From Vibrio vulnificus CMCP6 (GTDB lineage: Bacteria > Pseudomonadota > Gammaproteobacteria > Enterobacterales > Vibrionaceae), in the NCBI RefSeq assembly GCF_000039765.1, contig NC_004460.2, forward strand, positions 60,001 through 92,000: 32,000 nucleotides of DNA, given 5' to 3'. Positions 1 to 10,154 of the stretch are shown here, in pieces. Both the position numbers and the translations under genes were made by a program. The stretch's first letter is position 1. The number at the start of each line of letters is the position of its first letter. Under the pieces are notes generated by a model that ran no database searches, had not been told where the DNA came from, and worked only from the letters and a program-made list of their open reading frames with translations.

Positions 1-607
1 ACCAGATACCGACGCCAATCATCAAACTACCAGCAATTCGGTTCAAGCGACGCACGTTTTGTGATTGACCAAGCAAGCGTTTCAAACCTTTACCACCAGT
101 GGCGTAGAGCGTCATACACACAAACTCTGAAATCAGAATAATTCCGACCAGCAGAAAAAGCTGTGGTGGTAGTGGCGCGCTTTTGTCGATAAAAGGGGGT
201 AAGAGAGAAATCATAAATGCCCAGCCTTTCGGATTGGCAATGGCAGTAATGAACCCTTGCATAATCAATTGCCAATTATTCGCGCGGCTGACAGGGCCTG
301 TTTCAGCAGAAAGAGACAGCTTTCCACGAGAGCGCCACATTTGGATGCCTAAGTAAACCAAATAGGTCGCGCCCAATATTTTGAAACTAATGAACAGCAT
401 AGGGTAATTGAGCATAACGGCGGCAATACCGACGACCGCTGCAACGGAAACAACCGCAACACCAACCAGCTCTCCGAGCATCATCCAAAGTGTGCGTTTA
501 TATCCAATGCTCATACCAAGGGTTAAGGCTAAAGTCATACACATCCCCGGGGTGATAGAGACAAAGAAAAAGGTTGGGATGAAAGCAGAAAGTAGCGCGA
601 AGTTCAT
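1..607 (-). CDS. LysE/RhtB-family translocator (partial, runs off the left edge)
   Basis: Reverse-strand translation from ATG at 607: MNFALLSAFIPTFFFVSITPGMCMTLALTLGMSIGYKRTLWMMLGELVGVAVVSVAAVVG... with the typical TPGP/M motif and hydrophobic helices; open to window start. Confidence 0.85.
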   Translation of the reverse strand, partial: MNFALLSAFIPTFFFVSITPGMCMTLALTLGMSIGYKRTLWMMLGELVGVAVVSVAAVVGIAAVMLNYPMLFISFKILGATYLVYLGIQMWRSRGKLSLSAETGPVSRANNWQLIMQGFITAIANPKGWAFMISLLPPFIDKSAPLPPQLFLLVGIILISEFVCMTLYATGGKGLKRLLGQSQNVRRLNRIAGSLMIGVGIW

Positions 608-815
608 GGAGCGAAAATGCCTCACAATATGGGACAAAAGTAACGTAAAGATACAATTACTAACAAATAACTCTGCATAGCATACTCAATTCGTGACATT
701 TGTCGAAATGTATTTGTGACTAATCACGCTGTTTTCTTTCCCCATTCCACTTCGAAAACGATCTCAATCACACATTGATACAAAGGCGATAGAAAATTTT
801 CATTCGCGTTCTATT

Positions 816-841
816 ATCTCATCGAAACGTTTCGATGAGAT
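816..841. promoter_or_regulatory. Candidate RbsR (LacI-family) operator upstream of rbsD
   Basis: Perfect 26-bp palindrome atctcatcgaaac|gtttcgatgagat about 50 bp upstream of rbsD ATG, with a CGAAACGTTTCG core of LacI/RbsR type. Confidence 0.85.
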
Positions 842-890
842 TTTTTCTCTAACGCGAATCGATAGAGTTCACCCAAATTGAGAAACAAAA

Positions 891-1310
891 ATGAAAAAAA
901 GTGCCCTGCTAAACTCTGAACTTTCCTACCTCGTGGCCACCTTAGGTCACACGGACGAGATCACGATTTGTGATGCTGGTTTGCCGATCCCAGATGGCGT
1001 CTCTCGCATTGATTTGGCGTTGACTCACGGTGTGCCAAGTTTTATTGAAACCGTACGAGTGATGCTCTCTGAATCGCAAATCGAAGGGGCAATTGTGGCC
1101 ACGGAGTTTGCAGAGGTAAGCCCTGAGCTTTATCAGGCATTAGTGGCTGAGCTTCAATGTGAAGAAGAAAAAACAGGCAAAGTGTTGTCACTGACGCATG
1201 TTTCTCACGAAGAGTTCAAGCAACGTACGGAGTCGAGCAAAGCGGTGGTGCGCACCGGTGAATGCACCCCTTACGCCAATGTGATTTTTCAAGCTGGCGT
1301 TGTGTTCTAA
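891..1310 (+). CDS. rbsD: D-ribose pyranase
   Basis: 139 aa, MKKSALLNSELSYLVATLGHTDEITICDAGLPIP..., first gene of a syntenic rbs operon. Confidence 0.95.
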   Translation: MKKSALLNSELSYLVATLGHTDEITICDAGLPIPDGVSRIDLALTHGVPSFIETVRVMLSESQIEGAIVATEFAEVSPELYQALVAELQCEEEKTGKVLSLTHVSHEEFKQRTESSKAVVRTGECTPYANVIFQAGVVF

Positions 1311-1353
1311 CCCATTGACAGGTTTCACCAAGTTAGGTGGTTGAGGAGAGAGT

Positions 1354-2859
1354 ATGAACCAAGCGATTTTACAGCTCAGTGAAATTGAAAAAGCATTTCC
1401 TGGCGTGAAGGCGTTAGATAAGGCCTCGCTCAATGTCTACCCAGGAAGAGTGATGGCTTTAATGGGAGAAAATGGAGCAGGAAAATCCACCTTGATGAAA
1501 GTGCTTACCGGTATCTATTCACGAGACGCAGGTGAGATAGTTTATCAAGGTCAATCAGCGCAGTTCAAAGGGCCAAGAGATTCACAACAAGCTGGTATCA
1601 GCATTATTCACCAAGAACTAAACCTTATTCGTGAACTGACCATCGCAGAGAACATTTTTCTTGGTCGAGAGATTACCTCGGCGTTTGGGCGTATTGATTG
1701 GCCCCAAATGTACGCGGAAGCGGACAAACTGCTCGCGCGCTTGAAAGTGAAGCACAGCTCAAAGACGTTACTTGGTCAGTTAAGTCTGGGTGAGCAGCAG
1801 ATGGTGGAAATCGCTAAAGCGCTCTCTTTTGAGTCCAAAGTCATCATCATGGATGAACCAACAGACGCCTTGACGGACACCGAAACAGAGGCGCTGTTTT
1901 CGGTTATTCGAGAGCTGAGAGAGCAGGGGTGTGGCATTGTTTACATCTCCCACCGTTTGAAAGAGATCTTCGAAATTTGTGATGACATCACGGTGTTGCG
2001 CGATGGCAAATTTATCGGTCAGTGCGAAGTCGTGCAAACAGACGAAGATGGCTTAATTGAGATGATGGTTGGGCGCAAGCTTGAAGAGCAATACCCAAGA
2101 ATTGACGTGGTGCACGGTCAAACCTGTTTAGAAGTGATTGGTCTGACGGGGTCTGGCGTACACGATGTCAGTTTTACCTTAAAACGAGGTGAAATTTTGG
2201 GTATTTCAGGTCTGATGGGCGCAGGTCGAACAGAGCTGATGAAAGTGATTTATGGTGCTTTGCCGAGTGAGAGAGGCGTGATCAATCTTGATAATCGCAC
2301 CATTAATCCGATAAGCCCACAAGATGGTTTGGCAAATGGCATTGCTTACATTTCAGAAGACCGCAAAGGCGACGGCCTCGTCCTTGGCCTTTCGGTGAAA
2401 GAAAACATGTCACTTTGTGCGCTTGATAAGCTAAGCAAAGGTGTGCAAATCCAACATCAAGATGAAGTGGTTGCTGTGGATGACTTTATCCAACTTTTCA
2501 ACATCAAAACGCCATCTCGCGAGCAAATTATTGGCAATCTTTCTGGCGGAAACCAGCAAAAAGTGGCCATTGCAAAAGGGTTGATGACCAAACCGAAAGT
2601 TTTGATCCTAGACGAACCGACTCGGGGTGTAGACGTCGGCGCGAAGAAAGAAATTTACCAGTTAATCAACAAATTCAAAGCCGAAGGGATGAGCATCATT
2701 CTGGTCTCATCTGAAATGCCAGAAGTGCTCGGCATGAGCGATCGCATCTTAGTGATGCATGAAGGTCGCATTACTGGTGAGTTTGAAGCAAAACACGCCG
2801 ATCAGGAAAAACTGATGGCCTGTGCCGTCGGCAAAAAAGTATCTGAGGAAGCAGCATGA
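1354..2859 (+). CDS. rbsA: Ribose ABC transporter ATP-binding protein (two ABC domains)
   Basis: 501 aa; two nucleotide-binding domains ([28 protein letters not shown]; [26 protein letters not shown]). Confidence 0.97.
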   Translation: MNQAILQLSEIEKAFPGVKALDKASLNVYPGRVMALMGENGAGKSTLMKVLTGIYSRDAGEIVYQGQSAQFKGPRDSQQAGISIIHQELNLIRELTIAENIFLGREITSAFGRIDWPQMYAEADKLLARLKVKHSSKTLLGQLSLGEQQMVEIAKALSFESKVIIMDEPTDALTDTETEALFSVIRELREQGCGIVYISHRLKEIFEICDDITVLRDGKFIGQCEVVQTDEDGLIEMMVGRKLEEQYPRIDVVHGQTCLEVIGLTGSGVHDVSFTLKRGEILGISGLMGAGRTELMKVIYGALPSERGVINLDNRTINPISPQDGLANGIAYISEDRKGDGLVLGLSVKENMSLCALDKLSKGVQIQHQDEVVAVDDFIQLFNIKTPSREQIIGNLSGGNQQKVAIAKGLMTKPKVLILDEPTRGVDVGAKKEIYQLINKFKAEGMSIILVSSEMPEVLGMSDRILVMHEGRITGEFEAKHADQEKLMACAVGKKVSEEAA

Positions 2860-3842
2860 GTAGTGAAATCATGAGCAAAAGAAAATCAAATGAGACAAAC
2901 AAAACTTGGATCAGTAAAGAGTGGCTCATTGAGCAGAAATCGCTCATCGCGTTACTTTTCCTCATCGTGGTGGTCTCTTTTCTCAATCCAAACTTTTTCA
3001 CCGTAGACAACATTCTCAACATTCTTCGTCAAACCTCGGTGAACGCGATCATCGCCGTGGGGATGACCTTGGTTATTCTGACTGCGGGCATCGATTTGAG
3101 TGTGGGGTCGGTGTTGGCCCTATGTGGCGCGTTTGCTGCTAGCCTTGTCGCGATGGAAGTCCCGGTATTCATCGCGGTGCCAACCGCGCTGTTAGCGGGG
3201 GCAACGTTGGGGGCCATTAGCGGCATTATTATCGCCAAAGGCAAAGTTCAAGCCTTTATCGCCACACTGGTGACGATGACCTTGCTGCGTGGTGTCACCA
3301 TGGTGTATACCGATGGCCGTCCTATCTCTACGGGTTTTACCGATACTGCCGATGCGTTTGCTTGGTTTGGCACTGGCTATGCGCTAGGCATTCCGGTACC
3401 GGTTTGGTTGATGGTGGTGGTGTTTGCGGCCGCTTGGTATCTGCTTAATCACACCCGCTTTGGTCGCTATGTGTATGCACTGGGTGGGAACGAGTCTGCC
3501 ACTCGTCTATCCGGTATCAACGTCGACAAAGTCAAAATCGGTGTTTACGCGATTTGCGGCCTACTTGCTGCTTTGGCAGGCATCATCGTCACATCACGTC
3601 TATCTTCGGCTCAACCAACGGCAGGGATGGGCTATGAGCTTGATGCGATTGCCGCCGTGGTGCTTGGTGGTACCAGTTTAATGGGTGGTAAAGGACGGAT
3701 TATGGGTACGTTGATTGGTGCGTTAATCATCGGTTTCCTAAACAACGCGCTGAACTTACTCGATGTTTCTTCTTACTACCAAATGATCGCCAAAGCTGCT
3801 GTTATTTTGCTGGCGGTAATGGTGGATAACAAAAATAAATGA
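2856..3842 (+). CDS. rbsC: Ribose ABC transporter permease
   Basis: 328 aa hydrophobic protein; overlaps the rbsA stop by ATGA; [13 protein letters not shown] motif typical of RbsC permeases. Confidence 0.96.
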   Translation: MSSEIMSKRKSNETNKTWISKEWLIEQKSLIALLFLIVVVSFLNPNFFTVDNILNILRQTSVNAIIAVGMTLVILTAGIDLSVGSVLALCGAFAASLVAMEVPVFIAVPTALLAGATLGAISGIIIAKGKVQAFIATLVTMTLLRGVTMVYTDGRPISTGFTDTADAFAWFGTGYALGIPVPVWLMVVVFAAAWYLLNHTRFGRYVYALGGNESATRLSGINVDKVKIGVYAICGLLAALAGIIVTSRLSSAQPTAGMGYELDAIAAVVLGGTSLMGGKGRIMGTLIGALIIGFLNNALNLLDVSSYYQMIAKAAVILLAVMVDNKNK

Positions 3843-3869
3843 TTTGAACTCTGGAATAACTCTCTGACA

Positions 3870-3887
3870 GCCAAGTTTCGGCTTGGC
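3870..3887 (+). promoter_or_regulatory. Intercistronic stem-loop between rbsC and rbsB
   Basis: gccaag-tttcgg-cttggc inverted repeat (6-bp perfect stem) in the 75-nt rbsC-rbsB gap, no T-tract. Confidence 0.5.
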
Positions 3888-3917
3888 ACCCCTACAAAAG
3901 TACAAAGGACGACAACA

Positions 3918-4796
3918 ATGAAAAAATTGGCAACACTGATTTCTGCTGCACTACTAACCTCTACCGTTTCTCTTGGTGCGCAGGCGCAAGATACGATGGC
4001 GATCGTTGTTTCGACGCTGAATAACCCATTCTTTGTCACCATGAAAGATGGAGCGGAAACGCGTGCAAAAGAGCTGGGCTACAACCTGATCGTTTTGGAT
4101 TCGCAAAACGACCCGAGCAAAGAGCTTTCGAACGTGGAAGATCTGACCATTCGTGGCGTTAAAGCGATTTTGATCAACCCAACCGATTCGGATGCGGTTT
4201 CGAATGCGATTCGTATTGCTAACCGCTCCAAGATTCCTGTTCTAACTTTAGACCGTGGTGCAAGCCGTGGCGACGTTGTGAGTCATATTGCGTCAGACAA
4301 CGTGGTGGGCGGTGAAATGGCCGGTAATTTCATCGTCGAAAAAGTGGGCGAAAAAGCGAAAGTGATCCAGCTTGAAGGTATTGCTGGAACATCAGCGGCG
4401 CGCGAACGCGGAGAAGGCTTTATGAATGCGGTTAAAGGCAGTCATATGGAACTGCTTGCGAGCCAACCTGCGGATTTTGACCGCACTAAAGGTCTGAACG
4501 TGATGGAAAACCTACTGGCAGCAAACCCAGATGTCCAAGCGGTCTTTGCACAAAACGATGAAATGGCATTGGGGGCGTTGCGCGCCATTCAAGCGTCGGG
4601 CAAAGAGGTGATGATTGTGGGCTTTGATGGCACGGATGACGGTATCGCAGCGGTGAATCGTGGCAAACTGGCCGCGACTATTGCCCAGCAGCCAGACCTT
4701 ATCGGTGCGCTAGGTATTGAGACCGCAGACAAAGTGCTGAAAGGTGAACAGGTTGAAGATTACATCCCTGTTCCACTGAAAGTCGTAACGAAATAA
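3918..4796 (+). CDS. rbsB: Periplasmic D-ribose-binding protein
   Basis: 292 aa with signal peptide ([23 protein letters not shown]) and a periplasmic-binding protein fold ([19 protein letters not shown]...). Confidence 0.97.
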   Translation: MKKLATLISAALLTSTVSLGAQAQDTMAIVVSTLNNPFFVTMKDGAETRAKELGYNLIVLDSQNDPSKELSNVEDLTIRGVKAILINPTDSDAVSNAIRIANRSKIPVLTLDRGASRGDVVSHIASDNVVGGEMAGNFIVEKVGEKAKVIQLEGIAGTSAARERGEGFMNAVKGSHMELLASQPADFDRTKGLNVMENLLAANPDVQAVFAQNDEMALGALRAIQASGKEVMIVGFDGTDDGIAAVNRGKLAATIAQQPDLIGALGIETADKVLKGEQVEDYIPVPLKVVTK

Positions 4797-4804
4797 TTGT
4801 CACG

Positions 4805-4834
4805 TTATGCCTCTGACGTTGGTCAGAGGCATAA
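4805..4834 (+). promoter_or_regulatory. Strong stem-loop in rbsB-rbsK intergenic region
   Basis: ttatgcctctgac-gttg-gtcagaggcataa: 13-bp perfect stem with 4-nt loop, not followed by a T-tract. Confidence 0.75.
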
Positions 4835-4951
4835 ACGCCCGATGCCATTGAGTTTTTGGTTCACGCTTTGCTCTCTAGTAAGCAGAAAACTCAACGTCAT
4901 CAGTGTCGTTTTACAATGAACAAAGCTCATTCAAGAGCTGAGGAATACCCA

Positions 4952-5872
4952 ATGAACAAGTTAGTGGTTTTAGGTAGTGTTAACGCAGACCATGTGCTTC
5001 AAGTCCCATCCTTCCCACGTCCTGGGGAAACGTTACATGGGCGAAATTATCAAGTGATTCCGGGTGGGAAAGGGGCCAATCAAGCCGTTGCCGCTGCACG
5101 TTTAGGCGCAGATACGGGCTTCATCGCTTGTGTTGGGGATGACTCGTTTGGCATCAATATTCGTGAAAACTTCAAGCTTGACGGTATTCAAATCGATGGC
5201 GTGAAGATGCAGCCCAATTGCCCAACAGGCATCGCAATGATTCAAGTCGCAGACAGCGGCGAGAACAGTATTTGTATCTCGGCGGAAGCCAATGCCAAAT
5301 TAACCGAGGTGGCCATTGAATCGGATTTGCCACGTATCCGTGATGCTAGATTTCTTCTTATGCAGTTAGAAACCCCTATCTGCGGGATAGAGCTTGCGGC
5401 CAGAGAAGCTAAAGCTGCAAAAACTAATGTGATTTTAAATCCAGCACCAGCGCGCACATTATCTGACGAGCTATTAGCATGCATCGACGTGATCACACCA
5501 AATGAGACAGAAGCTCAGGTGTTAACCGGGATTGAGGTAGTGGATGATGAAAGCGCTCAGCAAGCCGCCAATGTCTTACATCAAAAAGGCATTGAGATCG
5601 TCATGATTACGCTTGGCTCTAAAGGGGTTTGGCTCAGCGAAAATGGCAGGGGGCAACGCATCTGCGGATTTAAAGTCGACGTCACCGATACAACCGCCGC
5701 GGGAGATACTTTTAATGGGGCATTGGTCACTGGTTTATTGGAGGATATGCCTTTAGAATCAGCGATTAAGTTTGCTCATGCAGCGGCGGCGATTTCAGTG
5801 ACTCGATTTGGAGCGCAAACTTCTATTCCAACCCGTAAAGAGGTCGATGAGTTTTTAGCCGCGCACAGTTAG
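4952..5872 (+). CDS. rbsK: Ribokinase
   Basis: PfkB family: MNKLVVLGSVNADHVLQVPSFPRPGETLHGRNYQVIPGGKGANQAVAAARLGADTGF...DTTAAGDTFNGA. The ORF track start at 4856 is an in-frame upstream extension; ATG at 4952 fits the family. Confidence 0.96.
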   Translation: MNKLVVLGSVNADHVLQVPSFPRPGETLHGRNYQVIPGGKGANQAVAAARLGADTGFIACVGDDSFGINIRENFKLDGIQIDGVKMQPNCPTGIAMIQVADSGENSICISAEANAKLTEVAIESDLPRIRDARFLLMQLETPICGIELAAREAKAAKTNVILNPAPARTLSDELLACIDVITPNETEAQVLTGIEVVDDESAQQAANVLHQKGIEIVMITLGSKGVWLSENGRGQRICGFKVDVTDTTAAGDTFNGALVTGLLEDMPLESAIKFAHAAAAISVTRFGAQTSIPTRKEVDEFLAAHS

Positions 5873-5892
5873 CCAATAATTAGGAGAACAAC

Positions 5893-6912
5893 ATGGCTAC
5901 GATGAAAGATATTGCAAAGCTTGCTGGTGTTTCCACATCAACCGTTAGCCATGTTATTAATAAGACCCGTTTTGTCAGTGAAGAAATTGCAGAACGGGTG
6001 AATCATGCCGCTAAAGAGCTCAACTATTTTGCCCCTTCCGCCTTAGCCCGCAGTTTAAAAGTCAACCGAACCAATACCATCGGAATGCTTGTGACGACCT
6101 CAACCAACCCTTTTTTTGGTGAAGTGGTTAAAGGGGTAGAGCGCAGCTGTTATCAAAAAGGGTACAACTTAATTCTCTGCAATACGGAAGGCGACCACGA
6201 GAGGATGAAATCGTCGATAATGACCTTGCTGCAAAAACGCGTCGATGGTTTGATTCTGATGTGTTCTTCGCTTGAAGGTGAGCGTTTGGATGTGTTTGAG
6301 CGCTACCCTGATATTCCCGTGGTAGTCATGGATTGGGGGCCGATGCTGTTTAGTAGCGATAAGATTCAGGACAACTCGTTACGTGGTGGCTATCTTGCCG
6401 CGAATCACCTCATTCAAATGGGGCATAAAGAGATTGGCTGTATTACTGGCCCACTGATTAAACATCAAGCTCAAATGCGTTATGAAGGCTATAAGCGGGC
6501 GCTCAATGAGCACGGATTGCCGTTCAACCCTGCGTGGATTGTGGAAGCGGACTTTGAATGTGAAGGCGGCTATCAAGCATTCAAAAAAATCGTCGCCAAA
6601 GGCCCTTTGCCAAGCGCTTTGTTTGTTTGCAATGACATGATGGCGATGGGGGTGATCAATGCTGCCAATGAGGTGGGGGTGGAGATTCCTCATGACCTTT
6701 CTATTATCGGTTATGACGATATTCACATCGCTAAATTTATGACGCCTTCGCTTACCACTATTCATCAACCCAAATATCGTTTAGGCCAAGCAGCGGTAGA
6801 GACCCTATTAAAGAAAATTAATAAAGAGACCGCAGAAGTGCAGGTAGTACAGCTTGAACCGACGTTGATTGAGAGAAACAGTGTCGTTGAGTGGCATGAC
6901 AATGAGATCTAG
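5893..6912 (+). CDS. rbsR: Ribose operon transcriptional repressor, LacI family
   Basis: 339 aa: MATMKDIAKLAGVSTSTVSHVINKTRFVSEE HTH plus periplasmic-binding-like domain; adjacent to rbsK. Confidence 0.95.
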   Translation: MATMKDIAKLAGVSTSTVSHVINKTRFVSEEIAERVNHAAKELNYFAPSALARSLKVNRTNTIGMLVTTSTNPFFGEVVKGVERSCYQKGYNLILCNTEGDHERMKSSIMTLLQKRVDGLILMCSSLEGERLDVFERYPDIPVVVMDWGPMLFSSDKIQDNSLRGGYLAANHLIQMGHKEIGCITGPLIKHQAQMRYEGYKRALNEHGLPFNPAWIVEADFECEGGYQAFKKIVAKGPLPSALFVCNDMMAMGVINAANEVGVEIPHDLSIIGYDDIHIAKFMTPSLTTIHQPKYRLGQAAVETLLKKINKETAEVQVVQLEPTLIERNSVVEWHDNEI

Positions 6913-7142
6913 TTCATTGTTAGTAACTCTAAGTAAAAAATAGTTACATAGTTGTTTGCTTTTATGCCAATCTAGGTGTGACTTCGCTTGGAATAATTAG
7001 CTCACCGAATGATTCGCTTGTTATATCGTCTGAAAATTTTAAGGATGTGATTTTCAGCCAAAAATAGCGAAATAGAGTTGTTTATTGGAATAGCGTGTGG
7101 TCTTATTGATACATTAATAAGTAAGGTTTGATAAGTTGAAGT

Positions 7143-7358
7143 ATGATTGGTAGAAAATACGCCCATTTTTCGGTTAAACATCCTTGGATACACCGTTTTA
7201 ACCTACTAGTAGCGCTCATGATCTTTGCGGTAAGCTGCTACGAGCTACTAGCCAATGAAAACTTATGGTACGGCCTAGGGACACTATTCACATTTGTTTT
7301 GTTGCTTGTATTTGCCTCTGCATCTGAGTTTAAACGAAAATACCTTTCTCATGAGTAA
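7143..7358 (+). CDS. Small hypothetical membrane protein (71 aa)
   Basis: Two predicted hydrophobic helices; followed directly by an intrinsic terminator. Confidence 0.6.
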   Translation: MIGRKYAHFSVKHPWIHRFNLLVALMIFAVSCYELLANENLWYGLGTLFTFVLLLVFASASEFKRKYLSHE

Positions 7359-7373
7359 ATGAGAGAGCAATTG

Positions 7374-7402
7374 AAAAGGCACTAACGTAGGTGCCTTTTT
7401 TG
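7374..7402 (+). terminator. Rho-independent terminator
   Basis: aaaaggcac-taacgtag-gtgcctttttt: 9-bp stem with T-tract. Confidence 0.85.
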
Positions 7403-7790
7403 TCTTTCCTTGAGCGATACTTGCCCCCTTTCTCCTGCATTCTAGTTTTCGTTTGTTCTTTGACATTTATCTTGTGTATCGCACCATCCATGATGGGCGG
7501 TTTGAAGCGCGCACGCTATCACTCTCCATGGTTAGTTGCATATAAGGAAACAGGAATCATTCAGCGAATGAAGAAAACTTCAGCGAATTAAAAAACTGCG
7601 ACTATTATTGAAGATAACGGGCATTTTTTGCTGGCAAACGTGGTGAATCACAGTTTTTGTTTAAATATTTGAACTATTGAGTTGTTTGCCGATTTACAAA
7701 ACTGAGCCAAGCAGTTAAAAAGAAAACAATCGATAAAAAACCGTAGCCTGGCAACAGGTGGTTTATTAACCATGAAAAGTATTTGAAATC

Positions 7791-8774
7791 ATGAGCTATT
7801 CAAGTAGTACAATTTTGACCGAAAGTGGAACCAATGAACTTGAGATTATCGAGTTTCATTTGGAGAAGGTTTTGCCTAACGGTGAGACGAAAACTTGCTA
7901 TTACGGCATCAACGTTGCGAAAGTGCGTGAAGTTATCCAAGTTCCAGAAACAACGGATTACCCAAATGCTCAGCCGCATATGATTGGTGTGTTTTCTTCG
8001 CGTGATGTGTTAACGCCACTCGTCGATCTGGCTGGCTGGTTAGGCGTACCTACTCGTCCTGCGGTTGAGCGCAAGTTCGTTATTGTTACTGATTTCAACA
8101 AAATGACGAACGGCTTTTTAATCGACAGTATCAGTCGCATTCACCGTATTTCATGGAATGATGTTGAGTCGCCGAGTCAGTTTTTGGAAGCGGGCGAACA
8201 AGATTGCGTGGTTGCGGTTGTACGAAAAGATGGCAATCTGATCATGATCCTCGATTTCGAGAAAATCATCGCTGACATCAACCCAGAACTCAGCATGGAG
8301 AAATACGACGTTAAAACAGACCGAAGTGTCGATCTTAACCAGCGTATGGTCACCAAGCGTAATGCCAAAACCATTATGGTGGTGGACGACTCTGCGTTCA
8401 TTCGCTCTCTGATCCAAGAGACACTGACCTCGGCAGGCTACAATATCATCGCCTGTAAAGATGGCGGTGAAGCGCACGATAAGTTAATGAATCTGATTGA
8501 AGTCGCGCGTGAAGAGAATTTGCCGTTGAGTGAACTGATTGATGCGGTGGTGACCGACGTAGAAATGCCTCGTATGGACGGTATGCACTTAGTGAAACGT
8601 CTACGAGACAGTGAAGCCTACAAGACTCTACCTATTGTGATGTTTTCTTCATTAATGAGTGAAGACAACCGTGCGAAAGCATTGGCCTTGGGTGCCAATG
8701 ACACCATCACCAAACCAGAAATTGGCCGCATGGTGTCTTTGATGGATAAGTACGTGTTCAACATTGAATCGTAA
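7791..8774 (+). CDS. cheV: Chemotaxis coupling protein CheV (CheW-like domain plus receiver)
   Basis: 327 aa; N-terminal CheW-like (VLPNGETKTCYYGINVAKVREVI) and C-terminal REC (MVVDDSAFIR...VVTDVEMPRMDG...SKPEIG-type Lys region TKPEIG). Confidence 0.95.
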   Translation: MSYSSSTILTESGTNELEIIEFHLEKVLPNGETKTCYYGINVAKVREVIQVPETTDYPNAQPHMIGVFSSRDVLTPLVDLAGWLGVPTRPAVERKFVIVTDFNKMTNGFLIDSISRIHRISWNDVESPSQFLEAGEQDCVVAVVRKDGNLIMILDFEKIIADINPELSMEKYDVKTDRSVDLNQRMVTKRNAKTIMVVDDSAFIRSLIQETLTSAGYNIIACKDGGEAHDKLMNLIEVAREENLPLSELIDAVVTDVEMPRMDGMHLVKRLRDSEAYKTLPIVMFSSLMSEDNRAKALALGANDTITKPEIGRMVSLMDKYVFNIES

Positions 8775-8806
8775 GCACCAAGCGCCACAATTCATATCGA
8801 CTAACA

Positions 8807-8838
8807 AATCAGGCTCCATAACGGAGCCTGATTGTTTT
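8807..8838 (+). terminator. Rho-independent terminator downstream of cheV
   Basis: aatcaggctcc-ataac-ggagcctgatt followed by gtttt; 11-bp perfect stem. Confidence 0.85.
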
Positions 8839-8860
8839 AGAGGGTTAAAATATTTAGGAG

Positions 8861-9997
8861 CTAAGCATAATGCGCAGTGAGCGCGTGCCAGCGTTTATAA
8901 CGGCTTAACAAGTCTTCTTTGGCTTGTTGATAACGTATTTTTACTAACGCCACCTCATATTTCTTAAAAGCAGTCTGTTTTTTACACTCTAGAAGCTGTT
9001 TCTTTGCATCGTAGTAATCTTTCATCGTGGCAACTAGGCCATCGAATTCCAATTGCAATTGTTGTTTGAGTGACTCTTGTTCACCACGCTGCGCAAGCTG
9101 GTGGAGCGCATTTTTCAGCCGTGTGGCAGCTCTGGCTTTGTCGATTTTCATTTGTGGAGTGAGGCGCAAGTTGCGGGTTAGACCTAACCATGAACAGCTT
9201 TTGATCAACCATTTTGTTGGGTCGTACTGCCACCAATAAATCCCGTTGCGGTAGTCGTTTTCAAAGATATGGTGAAAATTATGGTATCCCTCACCAAAGG
9301 TTAAAACGGCTAAGAACCCATTGTCTCTTGCACTGTTTTTGTCGGTAAAGGTCTGCTTTCCCCAAATATGGGCTAAGGAATTAATAAAGAACGTCGAATG
9401 ATGACTCAGCGTTAAACGTAGTGCGCCGACCACAAGTAGCATGCCGATGATGTCCTGATAATACCAACCCAATAACAAAGGGATGCCCAAGTTTGTCGCT
9501 ATTGCCAGCGGCACATAGTACTTATGTTGCCACATAATGACGGGATCTTTTTGGAGGTCGCGACAGTTAGTGTAATCGTTGTAGGTTGATTGATTGTAGT
9601 CTCGCAGCATCCAGCCAATATGAGAAAACCAGAAGCCGCGGCTCGCAGAGTAGGGATCTTTATCGTGGTGATCAACAAACTTGTGGTGCATACGATGATC
9701 TGAAGACCAATGCAATGCGCTGTTTTGTAGAGAGAAAGCACCGCCGATGGCAAAGACAACACGGAGCAAAGGATGCGCTTCATAAGTCTTATGGCTCCAC
9801 AAACGATGGTAGCCAGCAGTAATGGAAAGGTTGGTGAAGCTAAAAGTGACGAGTAACCAGATGAGGTGCTCAAAACCAAACCCTTCCTTGATACCGTACC
9901 AAGGTGTGACCACAAGGGCGAGTACTAATGACGTAACAAAGATGACAATGTTGAGCCATATGAATGGCGGTTTCTGTTGTTGCAAGATAGACCTCAA
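8861..9997 (-). CDS. Fatty acid desaturase (acyl-CoA/acyl-lipid delta-9-like)
   Basis: 378 aa; histidine boxes HRLWSHK, HRMHHKFVDHH and GEGYHNFHH; several transmembrane helices. Confidence 0.93.
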   Translation of the reverse strand: MRSILQQQKPPFIWLNIVIFVTSLVLALVVTPWYGIKEGFGFEHLIWLLVTFSFTNLSITAGYHRLWSHKTYEAHPLLRVVFAIGGAFSLQNSALHWSSDHRMHHKFVDHHDKDPYSASRGFWFSHIGWMLRDYNQSTYNDYTNCRDLQKDPVIMWQHKYYVPLAIATNLGIPLLLGWYYQDIIGMLLVVGALRLTLSHHSTFFINSLAHIWGKQTFTDKNSARDNGFLAVLTFGEGYHNFHHIFENDYRNGIYWWQYDPTKWLIKSCSWLGLTRNLRLTPQMKIDKARAATRLKNALHQLAQRGEQESLKQQLQLEFDGLVATMKDYYDAKKQLLECKKQTAFKKYEVALVKIRYQQAKEDLLSRYKRWHALTAHYA

Positions 9998-10154
9998 ATA
10001 TTTAAGCGAACAGTTGTACGCTAGAATATCAGCGAACAGGTGTAAGTCAAACTAAATGGCAAAATATGTGAACGGAATGTTTCCCTTTACTGGTGGGAAG
10101 AGTGTAGTATTAACTCTTTATGAAAAGACTATTTGTAGCGATAAGGACTTAAAA

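Noticed and set aside
660-780. Possible CRP site tttgtgactaatcacgct in the rbsD upstream region
   Set aside because: The half-sites TGTGA and TCAC are separated by only 4 nt rather than 6, so it does not fit the CRP consensus.
4856-4951. N-terminal extension of ribokinase from ATG at 4856
   Set aside because: The extension (MVHALLSSKQKTQRHQCRFTMNKAHSRAEEYP) has no family match; MNKLVVLGSVNADH at 4952 is the normal ribokinase start.
6379-6768. 129-aa - strand ORF antisense to rbsR
   Set aside because: No domain recognised and fully covered by the well-supported rbsR coding sequence.
9499-9915. 138-aa - strand ORF overlapping the desaturase gene in another frame
   Set aside because: The desaturase frame contains all three histidine boxes; the alternative frame is Ser/Thr/Leu-rich and motif-free.
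10056-10154. Extended start of the GNAT ORF
   Set aside because: The first 33 residues do not fit the acetyltransferase domain; ATG at 10155 gives a natural GNAT N terminus.
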